This document shows positions 29,060 through 35,930 of a stretch of DNA of 64,000 nt, one piece after another. Numbering within the stretch: position 1 is the stretch's first letter; each line of letters opens with the position of its first letter. The position numbers were made by a program, and so were the translations under genes. The stretch is taken from NCBI GenBank assembly GCA_027331445.1, contig DAHWUD010000002.1:77018-141017 (forward strand), read 5' to 3'. The notes under the pieces were generated by a model. The model had not been told where the DNA came from, made no database searches, and saw only the letters and a program-made list of their open reading frames with translations. The stretch is from Candidatus Amesbacteria bacterium. Lineage in GTDB: Bacteria > Patescibacteriota > Microgenomatia > CAZETR01 > Amesbacteraceae.

Positions 29060-30354
29060 GCCAAAAGTTCCCCCATCCGCTCCTCTGTTCTTTCCGCCGT
29101 TTTCCGGTCCTCCTCAAAAATCACATAGGCTAGCCTGCCCAACTTTAATGTCCTCTCCTCCATAATTACTACTCCTTTATTTTTCTGTTTGTCCCACCTC
29201 ACCGGTTCCAGTCTTGAAATTACCTCCCCCCAACTCATCACTCTTCCCATCTCCCTCCAGTTATTCGACACCACAAAAATCTTCTTTTGAAAATCCCTGC
29301 CGTACAGTTTTTGCGCCAGTATAAATACATGTGTCCCTCCCGTCCGTCTCACATTTGATTCTGTCACATACAATTTTCCCGATTTCCCCGCCACAAAATC
29401 CACGTCAAAATATCCCCGGTAGCCTTTTGCCGCATATTTTTTTCCTAACCACCTGACCGTTTCTTCAATTTTTTTCTCGACCTCTCCCGGCAGTACTCCC
29501 GCCCCGATTTCCATCCCCGCAAACTCGCCTTTCCTCGTCACCCGCATTCCGCAACTGTACAAAAATTCCGTCTCCCCCGTCTTTCTCACTACCATCTCCC
29601 CGCTGGGGAATCCTCCGCCTATTTTCTCCTCTGCCTCGATCCACTCCTCCACCACCAGGGGAAATAATTTCCAGTAGTCATTTTTTGCCAGCTCTTCGGC
29701 GATCTTTTTTTCCGCGCCTTCCGCTTCTTCTTTTCTCACTATCAGCACCCCCATCCCCGAATGTGCCTTGTTCGTCTTTATCACCACCCCTTTTCCTGCC
29801 CGCAATTTTTCCTTGGCCGCTTTTATAGCCGTATTTACACTCCGGCAAACCACTCCCGGGGCCATCTCTACCCCCCATTGGCGAATCCCCGATTTGCTGC
29901 CGAAATTATCCACTACCCATCCGTCTTTCTCTTCCGGGGCCTCCGGCGTAGCCACTTCCACTCCCTCACTGCGCAACGCCCTCACCAGATTATAAAACCC
30001 TTTCGATACGCAATAACTGACCAGATTTATCCCCCCGTGTTTTCTTCCCAAAAACCCCAGTCTTTCCCGAAATCTTTCATCACCTATTATACTCTGGCAT
30101 ATCAATCCGTTTCTCACCTCCGGCACCCATACCTGTACCCGATCTCCCCGGATTTCCTCCGCGTATTTTATAAATTCTGCCGCTACCGGCCGGGGGCAGA
30201 TTGCCACCGCTTCCCCCTCCCGCAGACACCAAATTTCCCGATCCCCCAGACTCGCATTCTCATCGATTTCTCTTTCCCGTACTCCCTCATCCGAAATCGC
30301 CTGAATAAACGGCCACACGTCTTCCGACATGTTAAAAATATCAACTGTCACCAT
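29056..30354 (-). CDS. ATP-grasp family ligase of unknown substrate (N-terminal pre-ATP-grasp-like domain + ATP-grasp)
   Basis: KGVVIKTNKAHSGMGV (B-loop/ATP-binding Lys region) and DVDFV...LYVTESNVRRTGGT (Mg/ATP-binding E-x-N-x-R motif). Confidence 0.7.
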   Translation of the reverse strand: MVTVDIFNMSEDVWPFIQAISDEGVREREIDENASLGDREIWCLREGEAVAICPRPVAAEFIKYAEEIRGDRVQVWVPEVRNGLICQSIIGDERFRERLGFLGRKHGGINLVSYCVSKGFYNLVRALRSEGVEVATPEAPEEKDGWVVDNFGSKSGIRQWGVEMAPGVVCRSVNTAIKAAKEKLRAGKGVVIKTNKAHSGMGVLIVRKEEAEGAEKKIAEELAKNDYWKLFPLVVEEWIEAEEKIGGGFPSGEMVVRKTGETEFLYSCGMRVTRKGEFAGMEIGAGVLPGEVEKKIEETVRWLGKKYAAKGYRGYFDVDFVAGKSGKLYVTESNVRRTGGTHVFILAQKLYGRDFQKKIFVVSNNWREMGRVMSWGEVISRLEPVRWDKQKNKGVVIMEERTLKLGRLAYVIFEEDRKTAERTEERMGELLA

Positions 30355-30399
30355 TCATTTAATATACAGCATTCGGCCGGCATTTCATTTATTGATTTC

Positions 30400-30428
30400 T
30401 TGACAACTTTTCTTCCGGGCCTTAATGT
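30400..30428 (+). promoter_or_regulatory. Sigma70-like promoter (TTGACA - 17 nt - TAATGT) for the tasA-like gene, with a strong RBS AGGAGGTG at 30554-30561
   Basis: Near-consensus -35 and an acceptable -10. AGGAGGTG sits 7 nt before the TTG start at 30569. The ~140-nt leader contains three direct TCTCGT(T/A) repeats. Confidence 0.4.
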
Positions 30429-30568
30429 CAACTCAGTCTCGTTGTTAATTCGACTTTTAGCCACAAGTTGAAACGTTTCATCCTGGTCTCGTTATCGTTA
30501 GCCTCTCGTAGTTAACCAAACGCCGCATTTTCTGCGATGTTTTTTTGACCGAAAGGAGGTGAACAAAT

Positions 30569-31365
30569 TTGAAACGTATCCTATTAGGGTTGCTCGTTAC
30601 CGGAACGGTCGCCGGCGTCGCCACTCTGGCCACCAACGCCTTCTTTACCGACACCGCCACTTCCACAGGTGACACCCTTCAGGCCGGTAATCTGAAGTTG
30701 CAGGTCAAAAGCGACTGTAGCTACGACGGTATCGCCAGCGCCTCAGGCTGCGGAACTTTTGACTACACCAATGGCGTCTTGGACAAGTTCTTCAATTTCC
30801 AGGACGTTAAACCCGGAGATTATGGTGAGAACACCATTTCTTTCGAGGTCCTCAACAATCCCGCCTGGATGTGCGCCAATCTCGCCTTTAGTCCTGTCGG
30901 GGACATTGCCAATTACCTGCAGGTTTTCTGGTGGGTAGACAGCGACGGGGATAACGTCTACCAGAACTCAGAGAGCATTCTCTACCCCACGGGGGATATA
31001 CTTTCAGAACTCTCCATGACTGGTTAGCTCTGGGGGCCAAGTTCCCCACACCGCCAACGGCAAACTCACCCCCTCTGACCTTTGCCGACTCGTCCTGGAA
31101 TTGGGTTAGTGGTAAATCTTTTGAACCTATCCCCGCCGGCACCGAGCAACATCTGGGAGTCGGTTGGTGCTTTGGAAAAATCACCTTGGACTCTACTAAA
31201 CCGGCGGGGTTTTCCTGCGACGGATCCGGCGACCAGAACAGTGCTCAGGGAACAAGCGTGGTCGGTGATTTATCTTTCAACATTTCCCAGTCCAAAAATC
31301 AACCCACTTTCCTTTGTCCCGAAAGCCAGTTGATCAATCGTCCGCCGTTGACGCCAACACCCTAA
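30569..31365 (+). pseudogene. TasA/camelysin-like secreted protein with SipW-cognate-type signal peptide; reading frame broken near 31000-31027
   Basis: Frame 2 (TTG start 30569 to TAG 31027) encodes MKRILLGLLVTGTVAGVATLATNAFFTDTATSTGDTLQAGNLKL...DVKPGDYGEN, which is TasA N-terminal-like. Frame 1 (about 31030-31365) encodes GWCFGKITL...DQNSAQGTSVVGDLSFNISQ, which is TasA C-terminal-like. Together they make about 265 aa, like TasA. Confidence 0.55.
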
Positions 31366-31436
31366 GCTTTTTTCACCCTCTGCCCGGGTGAAGGACAGCT
31401 CACTGGCCCTGTAGGAATTCGGGGCTAGTCAGCTGT

Positions 31437-32588
31437 ATGAGTAAAGTTGTCAAAATCATCTCCGACGTTTTGTTCATCACCGGCCTTCTCATCGCCGGAT
31501 TAATTCTTGTCAGCCGCTTTACTTCCTTCCATCCCCTCCGGATTTTCGTCGTCTCCTCCGGCTCCATGACCCCCGCCATTCCGACAGGTAGTATCGTGGT
31601 CACCGTTCCCCAAACGCACTACCGAGTCGGCGATGTGGTCACTTTTTATACCGGCAACGATAACAAAACTACCACTACCCACCGCCTGGTCGCCCTCGGT
31701 GACGGCGTCATCAGAACTGCTGGTGACGCCAACTCCCAGCCCGACCCCGCCCTCACCCCCGCTTCCCAAATCATCGGCCGGGTTTACTCCTCCCTGCCTT
31801 TTGTCGGCTATCTCGCCGGTTTCGCCCAAACCCCCCGGGGTTTTATCCTCCTGGTTATCGTCCCCGCCACCATTATCGTTTACGAAGAACTCAGGGGCAT
31901 GTTTGCGGAATTTAAAAAGCATTTAAAAAATCTCCCCTCTCCGAAATTTTGGAGAGAGGCCGGAGGTGAGGCGGCAAACCCCGCCATTATCCTCCCCGTC
32001 ATTTTCGGAGGCCTTATTTTCTTTACCTTCTCTGGTTCCTTCTTTACCGACACCGCCACCAGTACCGGCAATTCCTTTACTGCCTGGATCCCCACCCCCC
32101 CACCCCTTCTTCATCTGGTCATCAACGAAGTTTCCCCCACCGGAAGAGATAAAAACGAGTGGGTTGAACTTTTTAATCCGACTAATTCATCCATAAATAT
32201 TAGTGGTTGGAAAATTGCCGACGCCTTAACAGACGACACTTTTCCTGCAACCACTTCAGCCATTCCCGCTAATGGGTTCGCTGTCCTCATCGGCAATAAT
32301 AGTAATGTCTCGGGTATTCCCCCGTCTGCCCTAAAAATCACTCTCACCAACGCCACAATCGGCAGCGGCCTAAACGATAGCGGTGATACCGTAACCCTCA
32401 AAAATCCCGCAGATTCAGTTATTGATCAAATGAGCTATGGCAATGCTTCACCTTCGGCCTTCCCCTCACCTCCTGCAGCCCCCAATTCGGGAAAAACTGT
32501 CTCCCGGCATCCTAACGGGGTGGATACCGACACCTCTTCCAACTGGCTGACTAATACAAGTCCCACCCTGGGCACCGCCAATCCATGA
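31437..32588 (+). CDS. SipW-type signal peptidase I (S26B, archaeal/ER-like) fused to an internal SipW-cognate-type cleavage motif and a lamin-tail domain (LTD)
   Basis: aa 1-150: TM, SGSMTP (catalytic Ser), THRLV (His), C-terminal TM. aa 180-200: extra TM. aa 200-216: SGSFFTDTATSTGNSFTA, nearly identical to the N-terminus of the upstream tasA-like precursor. aa about 228-340: LTD (LVINEVSPTGRDKNEWVELFNPTNSSINISGWKIAD...GDTVTLKN). Confidence 0.75.
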   Translation: MSKVVKIISDVLFITGLLIAGLILVSRFTSFHPLRIFVVSSGSMTPAIPTGSIVVTVPQTHYRVGDVVTFYTGNDNKTTTTHRLVALGDGVIRTAGDANSQPDPALTPASQIIGRVYSSLPFVGYLAGFAQTPRGFILLVIVPATIIVYEELRGMFAEFKKHLKNLPSPKFWREAGGEAANPAIILPVIFGGLIFFTFSGSFFTDTATSTGNSFTAWIPTPPPLLHLVINEVSPTGRDKNEWVELFNPTNSSINISGWKIADALTDDTFPATTSAIPANGFAVLIGNNSNVSGIPPSALKITLTNATIGSGLNDSGDTVTLKNPADSVIDQMSYGNASPSAFPSPPAAPNSGKTVSRHPNGVDTDTSSNWLTNTSPTLGTANP

Positions 32589-33451
32589 CTCAAAAAATCA
32601 TCACCGTCTTTCTTGTCATTACTGGTGTAGTTTTGATCGGCATCGCCCGGGCCGGTATCTCTCCCGTTGATTTCACCACTTCCGCCAAATCCGTCGGCGA
32701 TCTCACCGTCACCTGGCAAACCTCTCCCTTGTTTTACGTCGTCAATCTACTCCCCGGCGATACCACCCCGTCAAAAACCATCACCATCTCCAATGGCAGC
32801 CCCTCCCCCATCCCCTTGGGCCTCCGGGGCATAATTACCACCCCGCCGACTGATCCCGCCTTTACCGACCAGTTGATTTTAACCGTTACCCAAAATTCCG
32901 CTCCTGTCTGGTCCGGCTCTCTCACCCAATTTTTCCATACCCCCGGATTTGTTAATTTTGGCCTTCTCCCCAGCCGCGCCACCGCCACCTATCAATTTCA
33001 GGTCCGCTTCAGTTCCGCTGCCGATAGTCGTTACCAAAACGACCTGGTCGTCTTTTCCCTCTCCGTGGGTTACGGCGTGAATATCCCCGAACTCTGCCGC
33101 CGCATCGCCGCCCGGCCGGACGTCGAATACATTTTCGTTACCGGTAAAAATGCCAATATCACCGGTACCAACCACCCGGATATTATCTTTGGTCTCGACG
33201 GTAACTACAAGATCGAAGGCGGCAACGCTGACGACTGCATCGTCGTCGGCAACGGCAACAACCGTATTCATGGCAACAACGGTAATGACATCATCATTGC
33301 CGGCAACAATGATATCTACGGTAACAATGGCAATGATTACATTTCCGTCAGCACAGGGACCAATCGCATCGATGGCGGCAATGGTACCAACACCTGCCTC
33401 TCTGCCGCCCCCTCACGTACCACCTTCCTCCACTGCTCTCCCAAGAAATAA
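32585..33451 (+). CDS. TasA/camelysin-like domain protein with C-terminal RTX-type calcium-binding repeats
   Basis: N-terminal TM. DFTTSAKSVGDLTVTW...FYVVNLLPGDTTPSKTITISNGS resembles TasA. C-terminus holds GGNADDCIV / GNNGNDIII / GNNGNDYIS / GGNGTNTCL nonapeptide repeats. Confidence 0.6.
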   Translation: MTQKIITVFLVITGVVLIGIARAGISPVDFTTSAKSVGDLTVTWQTSPLFYVVNLLPGDTTPSKTITISNGSPSPIPLGLRGIITTPPTDPAFTDQLILTVTQNSAPVWSGSLTQFFHTPGFVNFGLLPSRATATYQFQVRFSSAADSRYQNDLVVFSLSVGYGVNIPELCRRIAARPDVEYIFVTGKNANITGTNHPDIIFGLDGNYKIEGGNADDCIVVGNGNNRIHGNNGNDIIIAGNNDIYGNNGNDYISVSTGTNRIDGGNGTNTCLSAAPSRTTFLHCSPKK

Positions 33452-33472
33452 GGAAACCCACCACGTGACCAT

Positions 33473-33494
33473 TAAAAAATCCCCTCTCGGGGAT
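33473..33494 (-). terminator. Rho-independent terminator for the pilin gene (stem ATCCCC-tctc-GGGGAT followed by T6 on the minus strand)
   Basis: Located 25 nt downstream of the pilA-like stop, between convergent genes. Confidence 0.5.
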
Positions 33495-33518
33495 CTTCAT
33501 CCTGAGCTTTTCGAAGGA

Positions 33519-33986
33519 TTACCTGGTTACTGAGATATTCGGATCCAACTCCCCCGCCGGAGCCGCTACTGTGATCCTGCTGTTGGCAGCACTTCTCACG
33601 ATGGTGTAATTCGTATCCCATGCTGCAGCAGAACAGGAAGCAACGGGCAAACCATTATTGGTAAGAGGATCCACCGGCAACGCCGCCAAGTAGTCTGACA
33701 CCAAACTCGTACACAGATTCGGCATATTTGTACTGTTAATATCGGTCACTGTCGTCGTAATCTCCCCCCCGCCTGGCAACAAACCTTTGTGATCTGCCGC
33801 ATACTGGTGGACCGCATTCAATAAAGCGTTTACGTCACTCCGCCTCTTGGTGTCGTTTGCCTGGGAAAACTGTCTCGCCGGGTTAATAGCAATCAGCACG
33901 ATCGTCAGTAACACTGCCAACACTCCAATAACCACCAGCAGCTCGATCAAGGTAAAGCCTCTTTTCATCCGGGCAGGATAATTCAT
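33519..33986 (-). CDS. Type IV pilin (prepilin with class III signal; major pilin candidate)
   Basis: MNYPARMKRG|FTLIELLVVIGVLAVL shows the canonical G/FTLIE cleavage-methylation motif. 155 aa. Last gene of the pilus operon. Confidence 0.85.
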   Translation of the reverse strand: MNYPARMKRGFTLIELLVVIGVLAVLLTIVLIAINPARQFSQANDTKRRSDVNALLNAVHQYAADHKGLLPGGGEITTTVTDINSTNMPNLCTSLVSDYLAALPVDPLTNNGLPVASCSAAAWDTNYTIVRSAANSRITVAAPAGELDPNISVTR

Positions 33987-34027
33987 TAGTACTAGCGTAA
34001 ACCATATCCTAAGTCCTTGTCAAGGGG

Positions 34028-35095
34028 TTACTTTCCCACAACCAGCACAATATCAAAACCCGATGAGGCACTTTCCGTTGCATTTACCGTGCTCCACGTT
34101 TTTTTCAGCTCATCAGTCATCACCTTCCTGAATGTTTCCGGTACTTTAGCTGAAAATGTCACCGCCGCCCCGACGGTCGCCGGCCCGTTCCCGGTCGTGA
34201 TGTTGGCTATCCCCCACGCCCGCAGTTTGGCCTCCCACGACGCCGCCATCCCGTGCACCGCCGTTCCGTTTAACACCTGCGCCGACAGCGCCTGCACCTG
34301 GGCAGCCGAATAAGTCGCCGCCTCCGGCGTCGGACTGGCTATCATTTCCACCATTACCGTCGGCACCGGCCCCAGATTTATCACTCTGGGCCTCGGCTTC
34401 TTCCTGGTCAATGTCATAATGGCCACCGCAATACATCCCGCTACTACCGCCAGGACCAAAATTACCACCATTATTTTATGCTTCTCCAGCCACGCCTCCT
34501 CTTTATTAGAAAACGACTCATCCTCCGCTCCCCCGCCCGAAAAACTGCTCTCCGTCACCACATCCAGTTTTCGGTAAATTACCCTGCACGATTCCCCAGA
34601 AAATTGCGGCGGCGCATTAATCGTCGTCAGCACAAACCCCGGCACCACCGACATCAGGGGAAACTGCAGCTTCTCAAATACCTGCTGCAATGTTTCATAC
34701 AAATCCCGGTTTATCGCCACCAGTTTAAATCCGTTCCCTACCCGGAATAGTTTTGAAGATACTGCCGAAAACGGCACCGTATCTATAAATTTCTGCACTT
34801 CTTCCATTGGCGGCTGCTCCGGCCCGGGGTACGTCTTTTCAAAACATACCGACTCCTCCAGGATAATTACCAAAGGCGTCGGTTTAATCTTATTTTGCAC
34901 CACGAAATCCTGCAGTTTCGTTCTCAATACCTCTTTATTAATCACCTCCAGGTCAGAAATCATCTCCGGGGTGAATGCAAACACCACCGGCTCCAGATTA
35001 GACTTTGTGCATAAAGACAACCTCTCCCTGGACACGTCTACTACGATCGGAACTGTTTTGACTGATTTTGTTTTTACGGCCATATTTCCTGCCAC
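34028..35095 (-). CDS. Bitopic membrane protein with C-terminal LytR_C domain, embedded in the pilus operon
   Basis: Cytoplasmic N-domain, one TM (IMVVILVLAVVAGCIAVAIM), C-terminal VLNGTAVHGMAASWEAKLRAWGIANITTGN...DIVLVVGK (LytR_C pattern). Confidence 0.5.
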   Translation of the reverse strand: MAGNMAVKTKSVKTVPIVVDVSRERLSLCTKSNLEPVVFAFTPEMISDLEVINKEVLRTKLQDFVVQNKIKPTPLVIILEESVCFEKTYPGPEQPPMEEVQKFIDTVPFSAVSSKLFRVGNGFKLVAINRDLYETLQQVFEKLQFPLMSVVPGFVLTTINAPPQFSGESCRVIYRKLDVVTESSFSGGGAEDESFSNKEEAWLEKHKIMVVILVLAVVAGCIAVAIMTLTRKKPRPRVINLGPVPTVMVEMIASPTPEAATYSAAQVQALSAQVLNGTAVHGMAASWEAKLRAWGIANITTGNGPATVGAAVTFSAKVPETFRKVMTDELKKTWSTVNATESASSGFDIVLVVGK

Positions 35096-35442
35096 GAACT
35101 TACCCCCAACACTCCCTGGTTATAAGTCGTGGTCACTTGCACTTCCCGGGTAAAATTCCCCACCGTCCCGGTGGATGTGATAACAGGATTCGACCCGGCT
35201 ACAGTAATTGTGGCGGTCCCCGACCCCACTGTCAATGTCCCCCCGGTATATGCCGGGTTTCGGAGGAGCAATAATAGCGCATTCTCCGCCCCGGATTCAG
35301 CCACAGCCAGTGCCGTCTCCCCCTGCTCCCACTTTGACGCCATTTGCGAATTGGCAATGATCACCACTACCGCCGCCGAGGTAATCATGATCGCCATTGC
35401 CATAAAAATCAGCAGTAGTACCAGCGTTTGACCTTTTTTCAT
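35074..35442 (-). CDS. Pseudopilin / minor pilin-like protein (non-canonical N-terminus, PilX-like)
   Basis: MKKGQTLVLLLIFMAMAIMI hydrophobic N-terminus with Gly-Gln in place of Gly-Phe. 122 aa. Inside the pilus operon. Confidence 0.5.
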   Translation of the reverse strand: MKKGQTLVLLLIFMAMAIMITSAAVVVIIANSQMASKWEQGETALAVAESGAENALLLLLRNPAYTGGTLTVGSGTATITVAGSNPVITSTGTVGNFTREVQVTTTYNQGVLGVSSWQEIWP

Positions 35443-35930
35443 CGTAGTGTCAGTACCTCCTCATAGTCTTTAACTTCACTTTTCTGCTCCAGACTGGTCG
35501 TCGTACTGGTCAGGGTAAAACTTACATCCACGCTTGGCCTTACCCCCACCGCCCCCGCTACCTCCGTCACCGTAAAATTACTGACCGCCGATCCGAAACT
35601 GGTCAGGTTTTGAGCTATGCCTCCCGCCGTCAGCTGCAGGTTACTTCCGCTGACGCCGTAGGTGTAGTAATTTACCCCCCCGATAGTCAGCTCCAGAGTA
35701 TTTCCTGCCTGTCCCGGCGTCGCCGGCACCACTATGGCCGACGCCCTTCTCACGTCATACCCTATTCTGGCCAGGATATATTCCCCGTCCTGCTGCACAT
35801 CCGAGGAGGCTTGTCCTCTAAGTTGTATCTCCAATACCGCAAATAGTATTTGTCCCATCAGCACCAACAAAATGGACATCAATCCCATATACAGGAGCAG
35901 TTCCACAATAGAAAACCCCTTCCTTATCAT
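35439..35930 (-). CDS. Prepilin-type minor pilin (PilV/PilW-like)
   Basis: MIRKG|FSIVELLLYMGLMSIL. Confidence 0.7.
   Translation of the reverse strand: MIRKGFSIVELLLYMGLMSILLVLMGQILFAVLEIQLRGQASSDVQQDGEYILARIGYDVRRASAIVVPATPGQAGNTLELTIGGVNYYTYGVSGSNLQLTAGGIAQNLTSFGSAVSNFTVTEVAGAVGVRPSVDVSFTLTSTTTSLEQKSEVKDYEEVLTLR

Noticed and set aside
28638-29165. Plus-strand 175-aa Pro/Ser/Leu-rich ORF overlapping the 28601-29059 ORF and the ATP-grasp 3' end
   Set aside because: It is an alternative frame of the same region with low-complexity sequence. The 28601 frame has a more protein-like (FN3-like) sequence.
30478-30675. Minus-strand 65-aa ORF inside the tasA-like leader and 5' end
   Set aside because: It overlaps a region with a strong + strand promoter, RBS and signal peptide. 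It has no features.
31082-31333. Track ORF 31082-31333 (TTG start, 83 aa)
   Set aside because: The translation (MPTRPGIGLVVNLLNLSPPAPSN...) looks non-proteinaceous. The overlapping frame 1 encodes a convincing TasA-like C-terminus.
31366-31395. Hairpin TTCACCC-tctgccc-GGGTGAA between the tasA-like gene and sipW
   Set aside because: The T-run precedes rather than follows the stem on the + strand, and the minus strand gives an A-run, so it is not a canonical intrinsic terminator in either direction. It may still be an RNA structure, but this is unsupported.
33150-33420. Periodic GGNGNDxxx nucleotide repeats (possible CRISPR or tandem repeat)
   Set aside because: The periodicity is 27 nt, imperfect and in-frame. 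It encodes RTX-type calcium-binding nonapeptides inside a CDS, not a repeat-spacer array.
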